NCBI GenBank assembly: GCA_041650295.1
Contig: JBAZLM010000005.1
Location: 36,592 to 100,591 of the forward strand
Direction of reading: 5' to 3'
Origin: Candidatus Omnitrophota bacterium
GTDB taxonomy: Bacteria > Omnitrophota > Gorgyraeia > Gygaellales > Profunditerraquicolaceae
Length of the DNA: 64,000 bases
Shown: piece after piece, positions 1 to 10,500 of the stretch
Layout: each line of letters opens with the position of its first letter
Position numbering within the stretch: position 1 is the first letter of the stretch
Notes under the pieces: generated by a model
Told to the model about the DNA's origin: nothing
Databases searched by the model: none
The model's input: the letters and a program-made list of their open reading frames with translations, nothing else
Translations under genes and position numbers: made by a program

Positions 1-2
1 CT

Positions 3-530
3 TTAGATAATCATATTCCGATCAATGATCCTTTGCAGATCTATAAACTTGCCGAAACCGTAAAAATTGATTTAAAAACTAATGTCGACGGCTCTTTAAA
101 TATTATTTTAGATGGCCAAGATGTTTCTTTGGCTATTCGTAACCCTAGAATTACCCAAGTTGTTTCTGATGTTGCCAAAATTAAAGAAGTTCGGCAAGTA
201 TTAGTTAATCTACAAAGAAAATTAGGGGAACAAGGGGACTGTGTTTTAGACGGCCGAGATATCGGTACGGTAGTTTTTCCCAATGCCCAAAAGAAATTTT
301 TTATTGATGCATCACCACAAGAAAGAGTCAACCGCCGCTTTAAAGAACTAAAGGGGCTAGGACAAGATATTTCAGAAGATTCTGTTTCTAAAGATCTTTC
401 TAATCGCGATAAAATCGATTCTACCCGCGAAACTTCACCGCTACGTAAAGCCAATGATGCAATTTATATTGATACCACGAAATTATCTATTGAAGAAGTA
501 GTCAATAAAATGTTGGAATACATAAAATAA
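3..530 (+). CDS. cmk: cytidylate kinase, C-terminal part (5' end lies before the window)
   Basis: The frame is open from position 3. The translation ...GRDIGTVVFPNAQKKFFIDASPQERVNRRFKEL...RDKIDSTRETSPLRKANDAIYIDTTKLSIEEVV matches the Cmk C-terminal region. The ORF track begins at an internal TTG at 33. Confidence 0.8.
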   Translation, partial: LDNHIPINDPLQIYKLAETVKIDLKTNVDGSLNIILDGQDVSLAIRNPRITQVVSDVAKIKEVRQVLVNLQRKLGEQGDCVLDGRDIGTVVFPNAQKKFFIDASPQERVNRRFKELKGLGQDISEDSVSKDLSNRDKIDSTRETSPLRKANDAIYIDTTKLSIEEVVNKMLEYIK

Positions 531-2330
531 ATGGATAAATCCTTATTAAGAAATTTTTCTATTATTGCCCATATTGACCATGGAAAATCCACTTTGGCCG
601 ATCGGATTCTAGAGCTTACTGGAGCTGTAGATGTTCGTCATAAGGGTGATCAATTGCTAGATGATATGGAATTAGAGAAAGAACGTGGAATTACCATTAA
701 AGCATCAATGGTCAGATTAAATTATTTTTCGAAAAAATTTAATAAAGAATATATTTTAAACTTAATTGATACCCCTGGCCACGTTGATTTTACTTATGAA
801 GTATCTAAGTCACTAGCCGCTTGTGAAGGTGCAGTTCTAGTAGTAGATGCCGGTCAGGGGATCGAGGCTCAAACTGTAGGTAATTATTATTTAGCATTAG
901 ATAATAATTTACACGTAATTCCGGTACTTAACAAAGTAGATTTAATCTCTGCAGATGTAGCCAAAGTTAAATCACAAGTGGAGACTGTTTTAGGTTTTAA
1001 AGATGATGAAGTTATTTTAGCTTCAGCCAAAGAAGGTACTGGGGTCATTGAAATTTTAGATAGAATTATTGAAACAATTCCCGCTCCCGGTGGAGAGATC
1101 AATAATCCACTTAAAGCTTTAATTTTTGATTGTCGTTTTGATGCTTTTAAAGGAGTAGTGGTCTTTGTAAAAGTAATTGATGGGCAGATATTTCCTAAAA
1201 CTCAATTAAAGATGTTTAATGCTGGTAAAATTTATAAGATTGAAGAACTAGGAGTTTTTAAAGATTTAAAATACACCGCTGTCGATTCACTTACTTGTGG
1301 GGAAGTCGGTTATTTTACAGCTAACTTACGCGATCCACGAGAGGTAGTCATTGGCGATACAATTACCGATCCGAAGAATCCTTGTAGCCAGGCTTTACCG
1401 GGATATCGCAAAGTAAAACCCTTGGTTTTCTGTGGAATTTATCCGGTTAATCCAGCTGATTTTCCAGAGTTGCGTGACGCCATGGATAAATTAAAACTTT
1501 CCGATGCTTCATTTGTTTTTGAACCAGAAAATTCTCAGTCATTTGGCACCGGATTTCGCTGCGGTTTTCTTGGACTTTTACATATGGAGATTGTTCAAGA
1601 GAGATTGGAGCGAGAATACAATTTAAATTTAATCCTCACTGTACCCAACGTTGTTTATCGCATTAAAACCAAAGAAGGTGAATTAATAGAAGTAGATACC
1701 CCGGCTAAGCTTTGCCCTTCACAAGATATTGCGGAAGCTTTTGAACCCTACGCTTATCTTTTAATGATCGTGCCAGTTGATTCAATTGAGGCGGTTTGTG
1801 ATTTTACTAAAACTCGCAGGGGAATGTTTGTTTCTAATGAATACCTGGGAGAAGATAGGGTGAAGGTAGTTTTCTCCGTACCACTTTCTGAAATTATTGT
1901 AGATTTTTATGATCGCATGAAATCCATTACCCGGGGTTATGGTTCGATGGATTACGAAGTTAAAGAATATCTACCCACAAAGTTGGTAAAATTAGATATC
2001 ATGCTCAATAGTCAAATCTGTGATGCTTTTTCTTCGTTAATGTGCAAAGAAAAAGCTACTTCTCGAGCACATCTTTTAGTCAGCAAGCTAAGAGAGCTAA
2101 TTCCTCGCCAACTTTTCGAAGTTTCAATTCAAGCAGCGATTGGCAGTCAGATCTTAGCTTCGGAAAAAATTCGTTCAGTTGGTAAAAACGCCACCAGTAA
2201 ATGTTCTGGAGGTGATATCACCCGCAAACGTAAACTTTGGGAAACCCAAAAAAAAGGCAAAAAACGACTAAAACAATTTGGAAAAGTTGAAATACCACAA
2301 GAAGCATTTCTGGAGGTATTAAAGATATGA
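531..2330 (+). CDS. lepA: elongation factor 4 (LepA) translational GTPase
   Basis: 599 aa. G1 motif IIAHIDHGKSTLADR, DTPGHVDF, NKVDL, and C-terminal LepA-specific region. Confidence 0.95.
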   Translation: MDKSLLRNFSIIAHIDHGKSTLADRILELTGAVDVRHKGDQLLDDMELEKERGITIKASMVRLNYFSKKFNKEYILNLIDTPGHVDFTYEVSKSLAACEGAVLVVDAGQGIEAQTVGNYYLALDNNLHVIPVLNKVDLISADVAKVKSQVETVLGFKDDEVILASAKEGTGVIEILDRIIETIPAPGGEINNPLKALIFDCRFDAFKGVVVFVKVIDGQIFPKTQLKMFNAGKIYKIEELGVFKDLKYTAVDSLTCGEVGYFTANLRDPREVVIGDTITDPKNPCSQALPGYRKVKPLVFCGIYPVNPADFPELRDAMDKLKLSDASFVFEPENSQSFGTGFRCGFLGLLHMEIVQERLEREYNLNLILTVPNVVYRIKTKEGELIEVDTPAKLCPSQDIAEAFEPYAYLLMIVPVDSIEAVCDFTKTRRGMFVSNEYLGEDRVKVVFSVPLSEIIVDFYDRMKSITRGYGSMDYEVKEYLPTKLVKLDIMLNSQICDAFSSLMCKEKATSRAHLLVSKLRELIPRQLFEVSIQAAIGSQILASEKIRSVGKNATSKCSGGDITRKRKLWETQKKGKKRLKQFGKVEIPQEAFLEVLKI

Positions 2331-2902
2331 GTTTAAAAAAGAAATCTGTATTACGCGATTGGACGGAATCAATTATTATTGCTTTTCTTTTAGCTATGGT
2401 TATCCGAGCTTTCGTAGTACAAGCTTTTAAAATTCCCACCGGATCCATGCGCATGACTTTAGTGGAAGGCGATTTAATTCTCGTAAATAAATTTATTTAC
2501 GGAGCAAAAGTTCCTTTTACTAAGTATCATTTACCGGCTTTACGCCTGCCTAAGCGAGGAGACGTGATTGTTTTTGTTTATCCGGAAGATAAGAAAAAGG
2601 ATTTTATTAAAAGATTAGTTGGCTTGCCAGGAGAGACCATTGAAATCAAAGGTGGATCGATTTATATTAATGATAAAGCCGCCAGCGAACCGATCTTTAA
2701 CCAGATCTATTATTATAACCGCGGAGAGTTTGCTGCAGAAGGGCAAAAAATTATTGTTCCTAAAGATTGCTATTTTGTTTTAGGAGATAATTCCGTTTCT
2801 TCAAAAGACAGCCGTTACTGGGGCTTTGTTTCTAAGGATGATTTATTAGGGAAGGCCCTGGTTGTTTATTGGCCACCGCAAAGGATTAAATTAATTAAAT
2901 GA
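2327..2902 (+). CDS. lepB: signal peptidase I
   Basis: 191 aa with an N-terminal TM helix. SPase I boxes PTGSMRMTL (Ser), KRLVGLPGETIE (Lys), VLGDNSVSSKDSRYWGFV. 4-nt overlap with lepA. Confidence 0.9.
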   Translation: MSLKKKSVLRDWTESIIIAFLLAMVIRAFVVQAFKIPTGSMRMTLVEGDLILVNKFIYGAKVPFTKYHLPALRLPKRGDVIVFVYPEDKKKDFIKRLVGLPGETIEIKGGSIYINDKAASEPIFNQIYYYNRGEFAAEGQKIIVPKDCYFVLGDNSVSSKDSRYWGFVSKDDLLGKALVVYWPPQRIKLIK

Positions 2903-3462
2903 ATATTGCCAATAAAATTTCTACCTTTCGCATCTTAAGCGTCCCATTTTTTATTGCTTGTCTGTTATTTTATGCGCCAGAGAGAAACTATTTAAAAACA
3001 GCAGCCCTAGTGATTTTTATTTTAGGGGTAATCTCTGATGGCTTAGATGGTTTTATTGCGCGCAAGGGAAAAATGCAATCAAAAGCCGGATTAATTTTGG
3101 ATCCGCTGGGAGATAAATTATTATTAATGAGTGCGTTCATTTTTCTTTCTCCCATGAGTAAAATGGATTTAAGTTTCCCACTTTGGGTAAGCTTTATTAT
3201 TATTTCGCGCGATTTAATTATTATCATGGGAGCAGTGGTTATTTATATGGTTAAACAAACCATTGATGTTTACCCTACTAAATGGGGCAAGCTCACCACA
3301 ATTTTTCAGATGCTTTCGGTAATTTGTATATTACTACAATGGAAGTTGGCCACATTTATTTGGTGGCCAGCAGTAATTTTTACCATTATTTCAGGTTTTG
3401 ATTATGTAAAGAGAGGATTTAAAATTTTATATGCTACTGACAATCGTCGCACTACTGGTTAG
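2899..3462 (+). CDS. pgsA: CDP-alcohol phosphatidyltransferase (PgsA-like)
   Basis: 187 aa, polytopic. CDP-OH transferase motif DGLDGFIARKGKMQSKAGLILDPLGDK (D-G-x2-A-R...G-x3-D-x3-D). Confidence 0.75.
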   Translation: MNIANKISTFRILSVPFFIACLLFYAPERNYLKTAALVIFILGVISDGLDGFIARKGKMQSKAGLILDPLGDKLLLMSAFIFLSPMSKMDLSFPLWVSFIIISRDLIIIMGAVVIYMVKQTIDVYPTKWGKLTTIFQMLSVICILLQWKLATFIWWPAVIFTIISGFDYVKRGFKILYATDNRRTTG

Positions 3463-4051
3463 TTATTTATTAGGCTCTATACCTACGGCTTATCTTTTTG
3501 GTAAGTATTTAAAAGGTATTGATATTCGCAAATCCGGTTCAGGTAATGTGGGTGCCACTAACGCCTTACGGGTATTAGGGAAAAGAGCTGGGATAGTCGT
3601 TTTAATAATTGACATAGCAAAAGGTTTAGTTGTAGTTACCTTACTAGCAGATTTATTTGTCAATAAATCAGGATTATGGCAAGCACAAAACCTACGTATT
3701 ATCATGGGGTTATGTTGTATTTGCGGCCACATTTGGACCGTATTCCTACAGTTTAAGGGAGGCAAGGGGATTGCCACCTCATTTGGCGTTTTACTGGGTT
3801 TAGCCATGAAAATACCCGGTTTAAATATTGTGGTTGGCATTGTTATACTGGTCTGGATAATCGTTTTTATTTGTTTTCGTATGGTTTCACTGGCTTCAGT
3901 TTTAGCAGCACTTGCCTTACCCATTCTTTGCCTTCTCTTTAAGCAACCACTTTTACTTTCTCTAGTAAATTTGTTGCTTAGTGCTTTTGTAATTATGCGT
4001 CATAAAGCAAATCTTATCAGAATCTTTCAAGGTAAAGAATCTCGTCTATAA
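3431..4051 (+). CDS. plsY: glycerol-3-phosphate acyltransferase PlsY
   Basis: 206 aa. GSGNVGATNALR motif and polytopic membrane protein. Overlaps pgsA by 32 nt. Confidence 0.9.
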   Translation: MLLTIVALLVSYLLGSIPTAYLFGKYLKGIDIRKSGSGNVGATNALRVLGKRAGIVVLIIDIAKGLVVVTLLADLFVNKSGLWQAQNLRIIMGLCCICGHIWTVFLQFKGGKGIATSFGVLLGLAMKIPGLNIVVGIVILVWIIVFICFRMVSLASVLAALALPILCLLFKQPLLLSLVNLLLSAFVIMRHKANLIRIFQGKESRL

Positions 4052-4156
4052 CCGCAAGGGAAACGCTTTCTTTTTTAGTCAAAATCACCTTGATTTAACC
4101 TCAAGCCACAAGCATACTTTCTCATACCAAGAATAGGTACAACATATGAGGAAGAT

Positions 4157-4495
4157 ATGCGTGACTTACTTTACAAAAATTTAACTCTTTGTGATCGCGG
4201 ACGCAAAATTATTACTAGCGCCGAAGTCGCCGATAAAGAAGGCGTACACAGTATAGTGCGTCGCCATTTTACTTATTTTATTAAACCAATAGAAAGTGAC
4301 AGCCAGGAAAAACCGACTCCTTATCTTTATGTTTTAAAAGAAAGAAACACTAAAGAAAAAAGAGAGCATTTTTTCTGTAAAATAAAGGGAAGCCTAGTCG
4401 CTAAAAGCAATGGAAAGCTGCTCAACATATCCTTTATCCATACCCTTAGTGTAGAGCTTACTGCCTCACAAAATCAAGTCCAAAATATCGAATAA
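4157..4495 (+). CDS. hypothetical protein (112 aa)
   Basis: ORF only. Lys/Glu-rich with no recognisable motif. Sits alone between plsY and the OMP gene. Confidence 0.35.
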   Translation: MRDLLYKNLTLCDRGRKIITSAEVADKEGVHSIVRRHFTYFIKPIESDSQEKPTPYLYVLKERNTKEKREHFFCKIKGSLVAKSNGKLLNISFIHTLSVELTASQNQVQNIE

Positions 4496-4539
4496 TTTTT
4501 AATTGACATAATCCTTACGTTGTATATAATAATAGCAAT

Positions 4540-7509
4540 ATGAAAAAAACTATTATTAGATACAACGCTATGGCGCTAGTAACTTTGGCGCTTTTATTTT
4601 TAACCATAATTCCGGTTTTTGCCGAAAGTCAAGCTGCGGATTATCTTTGTGAGCTAGGAAAGAGTTTTTATGCTCATGGTAAAACAGATGATGCTTTGGC
4701 TGAATTTAACAAAGCTTTAACGGTTGATCCAGACAATCAAACTGCCAAGTCCTACGTCAATAAAATATTTACTCAACAAAATTCTACTTCTGATCCTGAA
4801 CCTTCAGTTCCTCTTAATACCATAGAAACACCTCTTTCGGAGCTTGTTGAAACTTCGCCTCTAGCTAATCAAGATACTACAATTAATTCTTCTGTTAGTG
4901 CTCCTGTTGTGGATTCTACGGAAAATAAACCTTTAACTAAAGAAACAGCCATGGAAGAAGCAATGTCTATTGCTCAGGAATCCACGGTTGAAATAAAAAG
5001 TGAGATTCCGGCTGTAAATGAAATAACTACTAATGAGCCAGTTAAAAATGAATCTTCCGTAACACCTGCAGTAGATAAAGAAAAACAAAAAAATGCGGTT
5101 GCCGCTTATCTTTATGGTTACCCTGATTTAATGCCCAAAGACGAGCCGGCAGACAGGGGAATACAAGCTGGTCCAATAAAAATAACCGGAGAGATGCAAC
5201 TAAGTTTTGGAGTTACGCCTGATAAATTTATTTGGAAACAGGCTAATTATAATATGAATGAGAAATATTTTAGCTGGCGTACACTTTCTAATTCCGGACT
5301 TAATCGTGGAATGAACACTTTTGACACCAGAGTTTATGATTCTTTAAGTGTTAATGCTGATACAGAGAATAAAGATGGTTTTAATTTTCATACTAATATT
5401 ACAGTTGATCCCTGGAGTTTTACGGGAAAAAGCCGTAAATTTAGCGTTACTGATGTCGGTGGCGATCCTGCTAATTTACAATTATACTATTGGTCTAATA
5501 CTGGATATACAGTAGATAGAGCTGTTTATGGTTCAGTAAATGGAAGTGCTTTTAATGTTCCTGAATTAAAAGTTAAAAATGGCAAAACCAGCCCCGCAAC
5601 TGTAGTAACAAATCCTGCTGAGCCTTGGCTTAATTTTGATTTGACTGAAGAAAAGATTGAACGACAATTTCAACCCGTGCGTGAATTATGGCTAGATTAT
5701 ACAAATGATCAGATTAAGTTTAGAGTTTTCCCGATGGCTTATCAGGATCAAGCTTATTCATCAGATGATCCTATGGGGATTACTAATCGACATGTTTGGT
5801 GGCAAGACAGCCCGTGGTTACGTAGTTATCAACCCGGAGCATATCGATCCGGTATTTCTAGTTTTACCAAAGGCAAATGGGATGATTCACTTTCCTTTAT
5901 ATCTAAAGATAGTACTGGAAAATACCTTACTGCATTAAGAGGTTTTTCATTTTCTTTCTCTCCTTCAGAGCAAACAATTTTTGATACTACCGCAGCTACA
6001 CCTAAAAATCTTTGGCAAGACTATAGTACGGTGGATAATGTAATTTCAGCCAGCCGTTTAAAGCATTTCTTTGCCAATAATTTTATGTTAGGGGGCACGT
6101 TGACATCTCGTACCGGATTTAAAACTGACCCGCAAAAAATTGATAGTGAAAATATAGTGGGGGGAGTAGATTTAAGTTATGAAATCGTAGATGGAATGAA
6201 AGCTCAAGCTGAATTTTTAACCTCTAAATCTTTCTACGATATGTCTAATGATGATTATAAAACTGAATCTAACGGTAATGCTTACTACTTTTCTTTCATT
6301 TCTCGTTATCCTCAAAAAAGTATAATGGATCTAAAGTACGGTTATGATGATATCTCCATGGATAAAGATGAAAATTTCCTTATAAAAAGTAAATTTTATT
6401 TAAGTAGAATTGATAAAAATTTTGATTCATCGCTATCTAATTTTAGTAATACCCGGCAAGACACTGATTGGAGCAGACACATTCATTTTCGTCGACCCAT
6501 GGATTATTATTACCAGGGGTTAACTAAACCAGCAGATGCCAGTGTTTGGGGCCAGCTTAATGCTACCCGTATTGGTGATGGCATTGATAAAGACAGAAGT
6601 GTGCTTGGTTTTCGCTTAGAATCATTCTTAGATGATCGTTTATATAACCTTTTTGATATTCGTAATGTGCATGATAATAAAGGTAATTTTATTGAAAATG
6701 TTGCCCGTGATGAACTTTCCATAAGAGTAACTGATAAATTAACTGCTAAACTTTTAGGAATTTATCAAAAACTTCCTAGGACAACTTATCATGTTGATCC
6801 ATTTGTTTATGATGGTAACACTGGTGATTTTTTCACCAATACCCTTGTTAACGGCGGGGATGATCCATCAATAACTACTGGCTCAATTGGTCTAAATTAT
6901 GACTTCTTTGATTGGTTAAGTATTGACGGTATTTATGAATGTACTAACGACTATACTATAGGTTACGCCAATTTTCCCCGCAATGTCTATAATAATTATA
7001 CTAACTTATGGGGAACTTATTCTCAAAACGACAAACTTTATAATTATACTCAACCATCTCTTTACAATCAGCAATATTTTCCTCAAGCTCCATATGATTT
7101 CTATAATATTTTTAAAATGGGTGCACGAATTTCGCCATTATCTAATATGGATATTTATATCGATTATACCCGCAATGAATTCGAAGCGGCCAGCTTAAAT
7201 TCAGATAACATGAACCATATTGGCTTAGAAATGACCTATATGCCTGCTCCAAAATTCGGCATGTTAATTAAATACATTTATTCCCGCTGTGAAGATGTTG
7301 GCGCTTCAGGATTAGAAAAACTTTCTAGTCATAATAACTTCTACAGTGAATTTAGATATCTACCCACCAAAGATGATGAGATTATTTTGCAATACGGAGA
7401 AGGTAACTCTAGCGCTATCGGTAACTTAAACTTCGATCCTTATGGTGGTAGCATGCTAACTCTAGACACCCAACACATTATCCGCGCTTATTATCGCAGA
7501 AGGTTCTAA
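4540..7509 (+). CDS. putative outer-membrane beta-barrel protein with N-terminal TPR-like region
   Basis: 989 aa. Signal peptide MKKTIIRYNAMALVTLALLFLTIIPVFA. TPR-like segment YAHGKTDDALAEFNKALTVDPDNQ. S/T/E-rich linker. Long Y/N/D/G-rich alternating region ending in ...YYRRRF (C-terminal Phe typical of OM barrels). Confidence 0.55.
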   Translation: MKKTIIRYNAMALVTLALLFLTIIPVFAESQAADYLCELGKSFYAHGKTDDALAEFNKALTVDPDNQTAKSYVNKIFTQQNSTSDPEPSVPLNTIETPLSELVETSPLANQDTTINSSVSAPVVDSTENKPLTKETAMEEAMSIAQESTVEIKSEIPAVNEITTNEPVKNESSVTPAVDKEKQKNAVAAYLYGYPDLMPKDEPADRGIQAGPIKITGEMQLSFGVTPDKFIWKQANYNMNEKYFSWRTLSNSGLNRGMNTFDTRVYDSLSVNADTENKDGFNFHTNITVDPWSFTGKSRKFSVTDVGGDPANLQLYYWSNTGYTVDRAVYGSVNGSAFNVPELKVKNGKTSPATVVTNPAEPWLNFDLTEEKIERQFQPVRELWLDYTNDQIKFRVFPMAYQDQAYSSDDPMGITNRHVWWQDSPWLRSYQPGAYRSGISSFTKGKWDDSLSFISKDSTGKYLTALRGFSFSFSPSEQTIFDTTAATPKNLWQDYSTVDNVISASRLKHFFANNFMLGGTLTSRTGFKTDPQKIDSENIVGGVDLSYEIVDGMKAQAEFLTSKSFYDMSNDDYKTESNGNAYYFSFISRYPQKSIMDLKYGYDDISMDKDENFLIKSKFYLSRIDKNFDSSLSNFSNTRQDTDWSRHIHFRRPMDYYYQGLTKPADASVWGQLNATRIGDGIDKDRSVLGFRLESFLDDRLYNLFDIRNVHDNKGNFIENVARDELSIRVTDKLTAKLLGIYQKLPRTTYHVDPFVYDGNTGDFFTNTLVNGGDDPSITTGSIGLNYDFFDWLSIDGIYECTNDYTIGYANFPRNVYNNYTNLWGTYSQNDKLYNYTQPSLYNQQYFPQAPYDFYNIFKMGARISPLSNMDIYIDYTRNEFEAASLNSDNMNHIGLEMTYMPAPKFGMLIKYIYSRCEDVGASGLEKLSSHNNFYSEFRYLPTKDDEIILQYGEGNSSAIGNLNFDPYGGSMLTLDTQHIIRAYYRRRF

Positions 7510-7524
7510 TCAAACTCTATTAAT

Positions 7525-10500
7525 TTATTCTAAATAAATATCGATTTTGCTAACTTTGCGGGCACGTATATTTTCAGCTATTGCAGATGGTATAATCGTA
7601 GAGTTAATTTCGATTTGTTTGTCATTTTCAAAAATTACTTGTTTTACAATTTTTGCCGCATGTTTGCCAAAAGTATCTTTTTTCTTTTGATTATAATATG
7701 TTACCAGTATACTGCTTAAGAAATTAAAAGAATAAGTGCCTTGTTTAGTAAATAACCATCCTGCCAGATTAGGCTTAAACTCCAACTTTAGCTTCCCTTG
7801 ATTATCTAAAGTAAATGGATTACTACCAGCATTCATAATTAACCAGATGTGTAAAAATTCTGCAGTTGATCCTGAAAGCCTAGCCACAAATCCATTTCCC
7901 TGCAAAGATTGATCGGAAAAAGCGCTACTAGCAATAAAAGAAGAGTTTTCAAGTATACTACGACCATATCTTTTAGGATCTTGGAAAGGAATTAATACAT
8001 GTTTAAACTCTGTATAAAATTCTTCAATTAAACCAGTCTTTAACAACTCTAGAATATATTTATATTCCATATGCAACCAAATCGACTCATTTTCTAGCCA
8101 CCCCGGAGTAAAGACGCGAGTTCTGCCAATCTCTTCAGGCATGCTAAACAAAGAGGCGCAAACTTTATACATTTTCAATTTTTTATCAAAAAGATTGCTT
8201 TGCTTAGTGGCTTGATGTAATTTAATAGCTTGTTGAGAATTTTGAGCTAATCTTAAGCCATGCATTTGACCTTCCAAAAATAAAGGAAGAGGAGTTTGTG
8301 TAAATTTTTTAGGCTTAATCATATGCCCTTTAATTAACTCATAATCAACCACAGTATTAATAAAATATGAATTATATATCCCTGTTTCTTTATTAAAAGC
8401 TTTAGTTAAACCAGCTTCAACTTTTTCTAAACCTGCATCAACAAAATCAAGTAGTTTAGAAACAGAAAGATCATTTAAATTGCCGGAAAAACCCAAACAA
8501 GTTTTATTGCGATAATCTTCTTTTAAATTATTGCTTTTATCCCAGTAATTAAATCCATCATACGAAAACAAAACACTCGTCTGATTAATGAAATCAGCGA
8601 TCTCTTCCGGTACTTGAATTTGATCGACCCCAGAACAATTTAATGCTTTCTTTATAACTTGCAACAAGCGCTTTAATTCAAATGTTTCACAAGTAGATGA
8701 ACCAAAAAGGGCAGGCAGGCCGTTGAGTGAATCATACCAATTGGGTTTATTTGCTTCCATTTCAATACCAACTCCAAACGGATCAAGAGAAGCAAGTTTA
8801 TTTACCGCCAAACACACAAGCTTAACTATTAAAGTTGTATAATAAATTTCTCCGGCTCCATGCTGCATTCTTAAATCATGAGGATAATGCGAACGCTTCG
8901 CGATTAGTTCTTTTTTTCTAGAATCCATAACTACCGAGTGTAGTTGACGGGGCTCTCCATTATAAAGAACGTATTTTTCATTACGGGGTCTAACTATCTC
9001 AGCATTATCATAAAAAGAAAAAACTTTTTTTTCAAAAAAAAGTTCTTTAAATTTTTCAGGATAAATTCCTAGGAAACTATCAATTAAATCTAAGTTATAG
9101 GTCCAGTGATCTGTCCAAAAACCTTCGCCATGTTCGGCATCCTGCAACTTTTGAGCAGAGGAAAGAATCTGGGTAAGAAAATCATCATAAGAACTTTTTA
9201 ACTGAATTTTATTTAATTCAACAAAAAATATTAACTCACCGGGAGTAAAAGGTTTTTTAAAAAATAATTTAAATTTATCAATAATGTCTGGTTCAACTAT
9301 CTCTTTTAATAATTTAATTAGGTCGAAATTATCTTTAAGTAAAAATTTGTCACTTTTAATAACTAGTGGATTAAAGCCATCGCTTTGAATTAAGTTCATA
9401 AAAAAGATAATGTTCTCGTCTTTAATTAAAGGATTAAACCAGAGGTCATTACGCCGATTTTGATTGGCATCACGATAATTACCATTTCCTTGTGAGAGAT
9501 AAGTAGGATCTAATTGAAAACGATTATAATCACGTTCTGGATCACCGTGTTTACGTGCATAAAGATAAAACATTGCTCCAGATTTAAGCACTTCAGGGTA
9601 ACCGCCGCGCATAATATTATCAAGATAACTCTGGCCAGCATATAAATCAAAGGCAGCAGAGCTACTTTTGGTAGAGATTTCATTTTTTAGATCGGCAATT
9701 AATTTTACATTACGCTGGAGCTTATTTTCCAGATAACCAAATTTAGTAATCCTGTCCACTGAGCTATTTAATATTTTTACATTGCGGGCCTGGCCGATTA
9801 CTGAATAAAACTTTTTCTGTTCTTTAGGTTTTAATTTAAATTTTAAAAAAAGGAGAGCAGAAGGAGTCTTGTTGTCAGTTAGTTGACGACGAGGATAAAT
9901 ATAATTATATTTAGCTAAAAATTGGTAAGGATAAGAGAAATCAGTGACTGGGCCAAAAACAACCTGTGGATCAACAATTGGACGGATAATCTCTGAACGG
10001 TTCTTTTTAAAATGATAGTTAAGATAAAAATTTCCGGCATCGATATGCACAACTTCTGGACGATCTGATGGATCAACCGCCAACTTATAAAACGGCACAC
10101 CTTTGTCAAAATTATCTACTTTCATCCAAGCTTCAATAGTCCGGCTCATTTCTTTTAGAAAATATTGATGTTCACCAAAAGGAATGATTTGTGGCAAACC
10201 ATCAATAATCTCTATAGAGCGCAAAGTTTTACCAATATTTTCAACCGTTACCATGCGACTTAATCCAGCAAAATTATCATCAGGAATGTTAAAATATTCC
10301 ACACAAGTTTTAATCCCTAAAGTGAAATTAATTTCTTCAATGGTTAACTTAGCTGAATCCATGCGCATCAAATTGGTTATTCGATATTCTAAATTTGAGC
10401 TACCATTATGGAATGGTTCATAAAAAATAACTTTTTTATTAGATTTAATTTTAATGAAAGTGCGGAAACCATGACTGGTTACTAATTGCCAGGCTTTATT

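Noticed and set aside
41-454. Minus-strand ORFs overlapping cmk, lepA, gatA/gatB, the 2097-aa gene and others (e.g. 41-454, 887-1102, 11060-11410, 13913-14290, 19603-19902)
   Set aside because: They are antisense to strongly supported genes with conserved motifs and have low-complexity or skewed composition. Typical shadow ORFs.
4052-4156. Possible terminator after plsY (GGGAAACGCTTTC followed by a T-run)
   Set aside because: The stem is short and imperfect. I could not define a convincing hairpin.
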